IMG/VR virus record: IMGVR_UViG_3300036785_000284
Span: 1-61,349 of that record
Direction: 5' to 3' (one strand)
Length of the DNA stretch: 61,349 nt
From: a virus
Lineage: Duplodnaviria; Caudoviricetes
Notes under the pieces: model-generated
The model's input: only the letters and a program-made list of their open reading frames with translations
Databases searched by the model: none
Told to the model about the DNA's origin: nothing
In this document: positions 36,603-46,300 of the stretch, piece by piece
Layout: each line of letters opens with the position of its first letter
How positions within the stretch are numbered: position 1 is the first letter of the stretch
Program-made: the position numbers and the translations under genes

Positions 36603-36906
36603 GGCGAAAGTCAAGCTGACCATCAAGCACTACCTGCGCTCGCTGGATGCGTGCTGGTGGTTCATGCCTGCCGCCCACGGCTACGGGGTCAACGGCATCC
36701 CCGACTTCATCGGCTGCTACAGAGGGGTGTTCTTCGGCATCGAGGCCAAGGCGGTGGGCAAGCGCGCCCGCGCCACCGTCCTGCAGCAGCAGTCGATCCG
36801 GGGCATCAACGATGCGCTGGGCTGGGCGCTGGTGGCCGATGACCTGTCGCAGGTGATCGAGATGTTCCGGCTGATCGACCTGTCGTTGGGAGCCGTCGCA
36901 GCATGA
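36592..36906 (+). CDS. VRR-NUC domain nuclease
   Basis: 'PEAKVK...GIPDFIGC...IEAK...LQ'. Confidence 0.85.
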   Translation: MGPEAKVKLTIKHYLRSLDACWWFMPAAHGYGVNGIPDFIGCYRGVFFGIEAKAVGKRARATVLQQQSIRGINDALGWALVADDLSQVIEMFRLIDLSLGAVAA

Positions 36907-38453
36907 TCGTCTCGGAGGCCACCAAGAAACTGGTGCTGAACCTCCGCAACCCGAGGCGGGTGATGCATGTCATCCCCTCGGCGCGGGTGTTCGAGTTCCG
37001 TGGCCAACCCTTGGTGGCCATCCCGCACGGGCTCGACGAGGTGCGCGTGCTCAGGAACCTGGGGTTCAACGCACCCTCGCCGATCCTGCACCACTACGAA
37101 TGGCCGGGACGCAACCGGCCGTTCCTGGCGCAGCGGATGACATCGTCGTTCCTGACCCTGCACCCCAAGGCGTTCGTGCTGTCGGAGATGGGGACCGGGA
37201 AAACCCTGGCCGCGCTCTGGGCCTACGACTACCTGCGCCGCCAGCGGAAGGTGACCAAGATGCTGGTCATCGCCCCGCTCTCCACGCTGGAGCGGACCTG
37301 GGCCGACGAGGTTTTCGAGAACCTGCCGGACCTGCGGGTGGCCGTGCTGTACGGCGACAAGGCCCGTCGTTTGCGACTGCTCAATGACGACTACGACATC
37401 TATGTCATCAACCATCATGGCCTGGGGGTGATCGAGCGCGAGCTTATCGCCAAGGACTTCGACGTGGTGATCGTCGACGAGGGCGCGATCTTCCGCAACG
37501 CGCACACCAAACTGTGGAAGACCCTGAAACGCGTCGTGGCTGGCATCGAGCGCATCTGGTGGATGACCGGCACGCCGACCCCCAACGCACCGACCGACGT
37601 GTGGGCCCAGTGCCGCATCATCAGCCCGGAGCGGGTGCCCGCCTTCTACGGAAAGTTCCGTGACGAGATCATGAAGCCCCTGGGTCCGTTCCGCTGGGTG
37701 CCGCGCGCCAACGCCACGGCCGCCATCTCGGCGGCGATGCAGCCTGCCATCCGCTACACGCGTGACCAGTGCATGGACCTGCCGTCGTGCATGACCGTCA
37801 CCCGGGAAGTGCCGATGACCGCCGAGCAGACCACGGCCTACAAGGACATGCTGCTCAGGCTCTACATGGAGTACCAGGGTGGGCAGGTCACTGCCGTCAA
37901 CGAGGCGGTGAAGATGGGCAAGCTGATCCAGATCGCCTGCGGCGTGGTCTATGGCCACGGCGGCCAGGAGGTCGTACTGCCCAACGCGCCCCGCATCCGC
38001 GAGGTGCTGCGGATCATCGAGGAGGCGCACACCAAGACGATCGTGTTCGTGCCCTACAAGTCTGTCCTCAGGTACGTGGCCAGCGAGATGGAGAAGGCGG
38101 GCATCAAGGTCGGCATGGTCAGCGGCGACGTGTCGGCCAACGAACGGGCGCGTATCTTCCACCGGTTCCAGAAGGGCGACCTCGACGCATTGGTCGCGCA
38201 GCCCGCCGCCATGTCGCACGGCCTGACGCTGACAGCGGCTAACACCATCGTCTGGTACGGGCCCACTCTATCCAACGAGACCTACGTGCAGGCCAACGCG
38301 CGCATCACCCGGCCCGGCCAGAAGCACCACCAGTTCATCGTCAACATCGAGAGTTCAGCCGTCGAGCGCGGCGCGTTCAAGCGGCTGAAGAACAAGCAGC
38401 ACATGCAGGGCCTGCTGCTGGAAGCGGTCAAAGCCGACATGGATGAAGCTTGA
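36903..38453 (+). CDS. SNF2-family helicase
   Basis: 'MGTGKT', 'IVDE', 'MTGTP', 'HGLTLT', 'QANARI.RPGQ'. Confidence 0.92.
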   Translation: MIVSEATKKLVLNLRNPRRVMHVIPSARVFEFRGQPLVAIPHGLDEVRVLRNLGFNAPSPILHHYEWPGRNRPFLAQRMTSSFLTLHPKAFVLSEMGTGKTLAALWAYDYLRRQRKVTKMLVIAPLSTLERTWADEVFENLPDLRVAVLYGDKARRLRLLNDDYDIYVINHHGLGVIERELIAKDFDVVIVDEGAIFRNAHTKLWKTLKRVVAGIERIWWMTGTPTPNAPTDVWAQCRIISPERVPAFYGKFRDEIMKPLGPFRWVPRANATAAISAAMQPAIRYTRDQCMDLPSCMTVTREVPMTAEQTTAYKDMLLRLYMEYQGGQVTAVNEAVKMGKLIQIACGVVYGHGGQEVVLPNAPRIREVLRIIEEAHTKTIVFVPYKSVLRYVASEMEKAGIKVGMVSGDVSANERARIFHRFQKGDLDALVAQPAAMSHGLTLTAANTIVWYGPTLSNETYVQANARITRPGQKHHQFIVNIESSAVERGAFKRLKNKQHMQGLLLEAVKADMDEA

Positions 38454-38489
38454 CAATGCACACCCGTTAGTGTATACTAGTTAACAGTT
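38450..38489 (+). promoter_or_regulatory. Strong sigma70 promoter with conserved 20-bp box
   Basis: TTGACA-N17-TATACT; 38470-38489 is identical to 20946-20965. Confidence 0.85.
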
Positions 38490-38511
38490 AGAGAAGGAGC
38501 GAATACACCCC

Positions 38512-38904
38512 ATGCCCGAGACGAATATCACCCTGCTGGTCAGCCGCTACATCGCGGCCCGAGACCTGAAAGCCAAGCTGAAGGCGGCTCACGAGGCCAA
38601 GCTCGAACCCCTGAACCTTGCGATGGAGAAGACCGAGGCCGCCATCCTGCAATTCTTCGACACCCACAACATGGACAGCGCCAAGTGCGAGGCGGGCACC
38701 GCCTACAAGGCCATGAAGTCCTCGGCCACGGTCGCGGACATGGACGCGTTCCTCAACTTCGTGCGCGCCAAGGAGGCGTGGCACTTCCTCGAACGACGCG
38801 TGGCCAAAACCCAGGTCGACGAGTACGTCGCCGCCCATCAGGACCTACCCCCCGGCATCACCTACAGCCGGTTCGCCACCATCAACATCCGACGCGCATC
38901 GTAA
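38512..38904 (+). CDS. Conserved replication-module protein
   Basis: Coiled coil plus 'LERRVAKT...LPPGI'; strong RBS. Confidence 0.7.
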   Translation: MPETNITLLVSRYIAARDLKAKLKAAHEAKLEPLNLAMEKTEAAILQFFDTHNMDSAKCEAGTAYKAMKSSATVADMDAFLNFVRAKEAWHFLERRVAKTQVDEYVAAHQDLPPGITYSRFATINIRRAS

Positions 38905-38913
38905 GGAGACAGC

Positions 38914-40068
38914 ATGTCAAGCGCACTGACCACCATGACCGGGGCCATCCCGGCGCATATCCAGAAGCTGATGGGCCAGGGAGCCCTGGCCAACGCCGCG
39001 CTCGCGGCGGGGGTCGCCGCCAGCTACCCGATCATCTCCTACAAGGGGAAGGTCTGGCACGTCGTCGAGGGCGGCGAGCGCATCCTGATCACCGTCGGCG
39101 AGGGCAAGAACGCCAACGACCCGGCCGCCTCGCTGGAGGCGGTGATCGTGCTGGCCAATCCCAACCTCAACAAAGTCTACTACCCCGATGGGTATGAGGA
39201 AGGATCGACCGAGCGGCCGCTCTGCCACTCCGACGATGGGATCACGCCCTCGAACGACGCGCAGGAGAAGCAGTCGGCGGCGTGCGGCGCATGCCCGCAC
39301 AACGCCTGGGGATCGAAGATCAGCGACAACGGCTCACGTGGGAAGGCGTGCGCCGACAGCCGCCGCATGGCCATCGCCAGCCCGGACGACATCGAGAACC
39401 CGATGCTGCTGCGCTGCCCGGCGGCCTCGCTCAAGACGCTGCTCGCCTATGGCCAGCAACTCGACAAGCGCGGCTGGCCGTACCACGCGATGGTGACGCG
39501 TATCGGCTTCGACGCCAGCTTGGCCTACCCGTCGCTGACCTTCAGCCCGGAGCGCTGGTTGACCGAGGAGGAACTGGAGAAGGTCTCGGCCATGCAGGAG
39601 GATGACCTCACCCTGCAGATCACCGCCCTGCGGCCGCAGCCGATGGCCGATGCGCCGAACACCCCGACGGCCACGCAGCCCGAGGACGCGTTCGCACGCA
39701 TGGAGCGGGAAGCCGGTGGCCAGACCCAGGCCCAGCCGGTGGTCGAGCCCGCCGCCCAGCCGACCGTGGCCGCCACCCGCAAGCGGGCCGCCAAGGCCAA
39801 GGCCACCCCGGCCGAGGTCGCCGCAGCCGTGCAGCCGACGCCGCAGCCGCAGCCGCAACCGCAACCCGAGCCGGAACCCGAGGAGGCGATGCATGCCGCC
39901 CCGGCCCGTCGTGGGTTCGGTCGCGCCGCTGCGCCAGCCGCCCCGTTGCAGGCCACCGCCGCGCCGATGACCAACGGCGCCGGCGCGCTCAGCGACGAGG
40001 CGCTGAGCGAACTCGATCAGGCGCTGGCCGGGTTCGATGACGAGGAAGGCGAGGTCGTCGACGACTGA
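38914..40068 (+). CDS. Putative ssDNA-binding / annealing protein
   Basis: Cys cluster, flexible linker and acidic tail 'FDDEEGEVVDD'; lies between helicase and primase. Confidence 0.65.
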   Translation: MSSALTTMTGAIPAHIQKLMGQGALANAALAAGVAASYPIISYKGKVWHVVEGGERILITVGEGKNANDPAASLEAVIVLANPNLNKVYYPDGYEEGSTERPLCHSDDGITPSNDAQEKQSAACGACPHNAWGSKISDNGSRGKACADSRRMAIASPDDIENPMLLRCPAASLKTLLAYGQQLDKRGWPYHAMVTRIGFDASLAYPSLTFSPERWLTEEELEKVSAMQEDDLTLQITALRPQPMADAPNTPTATQPEDAFARMEREAGGQTQAQPVVEPAAQPTVAATRKRAAKAKATPAEVAAAVQPTPQPQPQPQPEPEPEEAMHAAPARRGFGRAAAPAAPLQATAAPMTNGAGALSDEALSELDQALAGFDDEEGEVVDD

Positions 40069-40081
40069 TCCCAGGCCGGGT

Positions 40082-40098
40082 GATTGCACGGTGCAATC
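40082..40098. repeat. 17-bp palindromic element, copy 11
   Basis: GATTGCACGGTGCAATC; arms extend over 40075-40105; upstream of the HTH gene. Confidence 0.9.
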
Positions 40099-40141
40099 AC
40101 CCGGCGCCCCTCTCACCTTCTGTTGAACACGGAGTACCCCC

Positions 40142-40408
40142 ATGGATGTTATCGACTTCACCCCAGTCCGCCGCGCCGATATCAAACCCGCTGAACTTGC
40201 ACAACTTGTTGGCGTGGGACGCGTCACCTGTTCGGTCTGGATGAACGGCCACAAGCAGCCACATATCCTGATCCAAGATAAGGTCCGGGCCGTCATTGAC
40301 GCTATTTCCGAGGCGACCCAAAGTGGTCTGTTGCCGGTGCCGGTGAGCACGATGCGGCGGGAACGCGCCCACTACATCCGGCAGGCCATCGACCAAGTCC
40401 AGCACTAG
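40142..40408 (+). CDS. XRE/Cro-like HTH protein
   Basis: 'IKPAELAQLVGVGRVTCSVWMNG'. Confidence 0.75.
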   Translation: MDVIDFTPVRRADIKPAELAQLVGVGRVTCSVWMNGHKQPHILIQDKVRAVIDAISEATQSGLLPVPVSTMRRERAHYIRQAIDQVQH

Positions 40409-40420
40409 GAGCGGAGGCGC

Positions 40421-43357
40421 ATGGGGGGCGATGTGAACTCGACTTTCTTCGACACCATCCTGCCGTCGCAAGGGCTGCGCTGCATCGCCCTGCCCCGGCC
40501 GGACAACAAGTGGCACCACCACTGGGGCAGCAGCAACGCGTGGCTAGTTCGTGAGGTGGCCCGCCTCGACGCCCTTGGCGAGACCGTCTATTTCGCCTGC
40601 GCCAGCTTCCAGACCACCAGCCCGGCGCGGCCCAACTCACGCCGCCGCCAGGACCACGTGGCCTTCGTGCGCGCCTTCTGGATCGACATGGACGTGGGCG
40701 TCAGCGAGCCGGGCAAGCCGAAGTACCCGACCCAGGAGGCCGCCATCCGTGCGATCGTGGCCTTCGTCAATGCGCTCAAGCTTCCCATCCCCTGGCTGGT
40801 CTCGTCGGGGACAGGTCTCCACGTCTACTGGCCGATGGACGCCGACATGGCGGTGGAGGATTGGAAGCCGGTCGCGCAGGCCCTGAAGGCGGCGCTGACG
40901 GCGATGGGCGTGCTGTTCGACCCCTCGCGCACGGCGGACGAAGCCAGCGTCCTGCGGCCGCCGGGCGCGACGCACCGCAAGGACCCGGCCAATCCGTTGC
41001 CGGTGACGATCCTAAAAGTCGGCAAGACGTCGAACTTGCCGACGTTCGCTGCGCTGCTGCCCGCCGTGGCCGCCCGCCCGTCGGCCTCGCCAAAGGCCAA
41101 GTTGTCGACAGCCAACGCCGCCCTGGGCGGCGGCATGGGCCCGACGTTCGAGCCCTCGTCCGCCCACCTGATCGCCGACCGCTGCGGGGTCATCGGGCTG
41201 ATGCGCGACACCGGCGGCAAGCTCGACCAAGCGACGTGGTATCACAGCCTGGGTGTGCTGGTGCTGACCGAGGAAGCCCCGGACATCTGCCACGAATGGT
41301 CACAGGGCGACCCGCGTTACACCGCCGCCGAGGTCGACGCCAAGCTGACCCAGATCGGGCCGTTCGCCCCGACCACCTGCGACAAGCTGGCCGAGGACCA
41401 GCCGGACATCTGCGCGGCCTGCCCGTATCGCGGCAAGATCACCACGCCTCTCCAGCTTGGCCGCGAACCGGCGACGGCCAGCGGTGGCGCGGGCCAGGGT
41501 GGCGGGGCGTTCGGCGGCGGCACGACGACGGGCGGCGACCCGTCCGATCCTGAGCCGGGGATGCCGTCGAAGGGCTACCGCATCCAGACCGACAGGGGCC
41601 ACCGCGTCCTGGCCCACTACGTGCCAGCCGACGGCACCAAGCCTGAGCGCTGGGACATCTTCTGCCGTACGCCGTTCTGGCCGACGCTGCGGGCGCGCAC
41701 CGTGAACGGCGACCACTTCTACGAATGGGCGGCCGAGGAGCGCACCGGGGGCTTGCGAACCTTTGCCTTGGATGGCGGCGTCATCGGCAAGGGCGGATCG
41801 GATGTCGCCAAGGAGCTTGGCCGAAATGATATCTACATCGTCGAAGGCAAGGAACGCGCCATGGCGGCATACCTCAAGCGCTGGATGGACCGGCTTCAGG
41901 ACACCCGCGCCGTGACCGCCCACACGAGCTTCGGCTGGAACGAGGAAGGCTTCGTCACCGGCGACTTCGTGGTCGGCTACGATGGTCGCGAGACCAAGTC
42001 GCGGATGGCCGGGCCCGCACGAAACCGCCAGGACGTCGTGGTCTGCAAGGGTAGCCTCGACGCCTGGAAGACCATGGTCGACCGGGCCTACAACGCGCCC
42101 GGCCAGGAGGCTTTCCAATTCCAGCTTCTGTGCGGCTTCGCCGCACCGCTGATGCGATTGCTGGGTATGGTGGAGGGCGTCACCGTGTACGCCCACTCCT
42201 CCGGTTCCGGGGTCGGCAAGACCACGGTGCAGCGCGCCGCCCTGAGCATCTGGGGCTACTGGCGCGAGATGATCCTGGCCCAGGACAAGACCACGATGAA
42301 CGCCCTCTGGGCGCTGATCGGCGCCTACAACACACTACCCATTGTGTACGACGAACTGACTAACGCTAAGAACGATGAGGTCTCGAACCTCGTGTTCTCG
42401 GTGTCGTCCGGCCGCGCCAAGGAGCGTCTCAATCAGGCTGGCGAAATGCGTGACAACAACTCGCACTGGACCACCATCCTGCTGGCCAGCGGCAACCTGC
42501 TGCTGTCGGACAAGCTGGCCGCCCACCGCCTGAACCCTGACGCCGAGATCAGCCGCCTGTTCGAGTTCACCCAGCCACCGCCCAACCACCTGACCGCCAA
42601 CGAGGCCAACGACCTGTTCGGACTGATGGACGACAACTACGGCCACGCTGGTCTGGTCTACGCCCGCTTCCTCGTGAAGCACCGCGCGCTGATCACCTCC
42701 GGGCTGCAGGAGATGCGCACCAGCATCAACAAGCTCTACGACATGCAGCCGGTCGATCGCTACTGGGCGGGGCTGTTCACCTGCGTACTGATGGCCTTGA
42801 AGCTATGCCACGGCCTAAAGCTGCTGGGCTTCGAAACCGCGCCGCTCAAGATGTGGATGAGTGACCAGCTTGAGGAGAACCGTGGCCAGAAGACCGCCTC
42901 GGTCGTCACGCCCGAGGAGAGCCTGGGCCTGATGATGGGGGACCTGTGGCCGAACGTGCTGGTCACCGACATCCTCGGCGACATTCGACGCGGCCGCAGG
43001 GCGAACGTGCCGCCGGACTACCGCATGCCGATGGCCGCCCTGGTCGGACGCCGCACCTTCGGCGACGTCAACGAAGCGCCGATCCTGTGGCTGAGCCGCA
43101 TGGCGATCCGCGACTGGTGCGCCCTCAAGCGGGTCAACTACAAGGACCTGTTCAACGCCGCTGTCGCCCTCGGCTGGGCTGAGAAATCCGACTGTCACAA
43201 GATGCGGCTGGGGACCGGGATGCCGTTCTCCACCACACCGGTCATCTGCTGGAAGATGATCCCGACCGCGATGCCGGACGCCGCCCACACGCCGTTCTTC
43301 ACCGTGGTTCAGGGTGGCCTTGGCCAAGCTCCGGGAGCCCAGACCGGCACGCCCTAG
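40421..43357 (+). CDS. Primase (AEP/RepB-like) fused to DUF927 helicase-like domain
   Basis: 'FWIDMD', 'SSGTGLHVYW', 'VLRPPG', Cys cluster, P-loop 'GSGVGKTT', 'YDE', 'NYGHAG'. Confidence 0.88.
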   Translation: MGGDVNSTFFDTILPSQGLRCIALPRPDNKWHHHWGSSNAWLVREVARLDALGETVYFACASFQTTSPARPNSRRRQDHVAFVRAFWIDMDVGVSEPGKPKYPTQEAAIRAIVAFVNALKLPIPWLVSSGTGLHVYWPMDADMAVEDWKPVAQALKAALTAMGVLFDPSRTADEASVLRPPGATHRKDPANPLPVTILKVGKTSNLPTFAALLPAVAARPSASPKAKLSTANAALGGGMGPTFEPSSAHLIADRCGVIGLMRDTGGKLDQATWYHSLGVLVLTEEAPDICHEWSQGDPRYTAAEVDAKLTQIGPFAPTTCDKLAEDQPDICAACPYRGKITTPLQLGREPATASGGAGQGGGAFGGGTTTGGDPSDPEPGMPSKGYRIQTDRGHRVLAHYVPADGTKPERWDIFCRTPFWPTLRARTVNGDHFYEWAAEERTGGLRTFALDGGVIGKGGSDVAKELGRNDIYIVEGKERAMAAYLKRWMDRLQDTRAVTAHTSFGWNEEGFVTGDFVVGYDGRETKSRMAGPARNRQDVVVCKGSLDAWKTMVDRAYNAPGQEAFQFQLLCGFAAPLMRLLGMVEGVTVYAHSSGSGVGKTTVQRAALSIWGYWREMILAQDKTTMNALWALIGAYNTLPIVYDELTNAKNDEVSNLVFSVSSGRAKERLNQAGEMRDNNSHWTTILLASGNLLLSDKLAAHRLNPDAEISRLFEFTQPPPNHLTANEANDLFGLMDDNYGHAGLVYARFLVKHRALITSGLQEMRTSINKLYDMQPVDRYWAGLFTCVLMALKLCHGLKLLGFETAPLKMWMSDQLEENRGQKTASVVTPEESLGLMMGDLWPNVLVTDILGDIRRGRRANVPPDYRMPMAALVGRRTFGDVNEAPILWLSRMAIRDWCALKRVNYKDLFNAAVALGWAEKSDCHKMRLGTGMPFSTTPVICWKMIPTAMPDAAHTPFFTVVQGGLGQAPGAQTGTP

Positions 43358-46300
43358 GGCGTCGCCTCGGTGGGCTGGTTGGTGGGATCGGCGGCGAAGG
43401 CGTCTTCCCCGTCCATCACGAACCGACGGTTGGCCCGGCCGAACTCGACGCCGCCAAGGGTGTGGGCCTGCCGCCGCATCGCCTCGCGGCGGGCCTGGAT
43501 CATCTCGGTCATCGGCGTCGGCAGGAAGCCGTCACGCCGCTTCGCCTGCTGGATGGCGATCCAGTCCTGCCGCAGCGCCCCCATGGTCTTGACGTCACCG
43601 TCCTGGGAGGCGCGCACCCAGCGGTTCTTCATCTGGTCGTCGATGCTCTGGTAGTATTTGGTGGCGTCGTAGACCTCGTTGGTCTTCTCGCTCTGGGTGG
43701 ACAGCATCGACGGCGTAATCCCCGAGGCGAGCAGCAGCGACTGGCCCAGGCCGAACTTGCCGGGGGCCATCAGGCGTTCGCCGCCGCGCGCCTGCATCCC
43801 CTGCTGGTTCAGCCGGATGGCCTTCGCCGTGTTGGACACCACCGACGGGGCGAAGCCTTCGATCATCTTCTCCCAGTCGCCGGTCGAGATGCCGTAGTCG
43901 AGCGCGCCCACCGCCCGGCTGACGATCCCGCCGGTCGCCCCGCCCAGCACCTTGCCGACCGTCTGATACCACTCGTCCGGGCTGTCGAACGCCTTCTCCG
44001 ATCCCTGCGGCATCAGCGCCGCGACGTTGCCCATGCCCAGCTTGTCCGACAGGTCCAGGCCCAGGGCGTAGGGTGCGCCCTTGTAGAGGAAGTCGGACAG
44101 GAAATCCTTCTTCGCGCCTTCCTTGCCCGCGCCCAGCGTCTCGCGCAGCGAGTGATGCCAGTCGGTCCACTCGCGCTTCTTGCGGTCGGGGTCGAGGGTG
44201 TTCAGCAGGTAGCCCATCGCCCAGCCCGCCAGCCCGGCGGCCGGTAGTCCGGTGATGCCAGAGAGGGCGAGCGCGTGCGCGCTGATGAAGGCCAGCGACT
44301 TGACCCCCTCCAGTTTTTCTTCCGGCGTCGCGCCCTGGAACGTCTTCCTGAACTCGCGGAGCAGCATGGCCCCTTCGTTCATCTGGAACTTCTTGAACTG
44401 CAGTATGATCTTGCTGGCGTTGCCCAGCCGGTGGAACGCCCCCGGCGCGTTGAAGCCGGAGTAGTCGCCGTGCGCATCGACAATCAGCTGCTTGGCCGTG
44501 GCCACCGCCTGATCGTGCGTCTGGCCGTCAGCTATGGCCAACCGGTAGGCGGCGATGCCGCTGGTCGTCCGGTTCATGATCTCGACGAACTGCGGAAAGC
44601 GGCGGGTGAAACGGTCGGCCCGGTTGAAGGTGGTCGGCAGAACCCCCTCGCCGCTCATCTCCCAGGCGCCACTTTCCGCGGCGAAGCCCGCATCGAGGTG
44701 ACCGTCGATCAGCAGTTGATGCACCGCCTGGGCGATGTCGGGCGGCACGTTGTCGAAGCTGACCCGATCTTGCAGGGGGTTCATCCCATGGGTCATCTTG
44801 AAGAAGTCGCCGTAGGCCTTGTTGAACTCACCGGCCGATTTGAAATAGCCGAACTTCGCGGCCAGCAGCGGTTGGGCGAACTGGACGTTCTGGGCTGAGT
44901 TCTGCACGTAATAGAACGGCTGCGACAAGACGGTGTAGAGCGACGTGCCGCGCACGATCCGGTCGACCACGCGGGCTGGCGGACGCCCCTGCGTGGCCAT
45001 GTAGCGGTACATGATCTCGTTATGGTAGAGCTGGGCCTGGGTGCGCGCATCGCCGCCCATGTCGTGCAGTTCCTGCTTCATGCCCTCTAGGTGCTGGCGC
45101 ATCTCGCCGCTGTTGGCCAACGAGGAGACGTAGTTGGCCGTCGCCATCGCCCGGCTGACGTGGGCCTTCATCATGTCGGGCACTTCGCCGGTCTTCAGGT
45201 TCTTGGCCGGGACGCCCTTGCGGCCAAGCTCGGCTTTCAGCGCGCTGTTCTCCGAGACACTGTGCAGGTAGATGTCGCGGGCCACCCGCGTCATCTCCTT
45301 CTTCGCCTTCTCGCTCAGCGTCCTGTTGGCCGCGATGGCCTCGGCCATCTTCTTGAGCGGCAGGAACAGGTCGCCGTGTTCGAAGGCGTTGTTCTCCTCG
45401 TCGGAGCCGCGCTCGAAATAGCTGACGTAGTCGTTCTTGCCGTTGAAGTGCTCCCCCATATCCTCGGCCATCTGCTTGGCTTCGTGGACGCTGTCCCGGA
45501 AGTCCACGTAGTGGTGCCGGTCGTCATCGACCATCCGGTCGACCGCATCCCAGTCCTGGGCCTTCTCGGCGGCCCGGAACGCCGCGCTCTTGGCGACGAT
45601 CGCGAACCGCCCCTGCCGCTTCATCGGGCTGTAGGGCTTGTCGTCCGCCGTATCGAAGATGCGGTTTGCGTAGGCCTGGGCCCGCTTCTGCTGCTGCTGC
45701 AGGTCAGCCCGCTCGGCGTCGGACTTGGCGGCCGCGATCTGTGGCTCGTACTCGGTGTTGATCGCCCCCGTCATCGCGCCGCGCAGTTCGTTCCGCAGTT
45801 CGTAGTTCTTCTGGAAGACGTCGCTGATGACCTTGGCGGCCTTGGCCCCGCCAGAACCGTCGGCCTTCATCGCATTGTAGCGCTTGACCAGTTCAGGATC
45901 GAGCACGGCGTTGGGGGCCCAGTCGGGCTTGAACCCCCACTTGCCCGCTACGTTGCTGTCGTACAGGAACTCCGAGACCGAACCCGGCATGGTGCCCCGG
46001 TACTTGGCCGGGAGGTCGTGGTAGTCATCCTTCTGCTTGAGCACGCTCTCGATGGTCTCGCGGCTCCTGGCGAAACTCCTTGAGTACAGGTCCACCATCT
46101 TCGCGGCCGACGGCATCTGGTGGAGCTTGGCCGCCGTCGCGGCGATGTCGTGGGTCGACGACAGGAGGAAGCTGCCTTTCTTGAGCAGGTCAGCCGCCGA
46201 GACACGCAGGTTTTCACCGGCCTGCTGGACCGCGTTGCGCTTGATCCGCGCCGCCGGGGTCTTCATGCGCGGCGGCAGATCGCGCTCGTCATCCTTCGAC

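Noticed and set aside
11527-40098. 17-bp palindromes as CRISPR repeats or integron attC sites
   Set aside because: They are dispersed at irregular kb-scale spacing with no spacer array. There is no cas operon (the Cas4-like nuclease sits in the replication module), no integron integrase and no GTTRRRY core.
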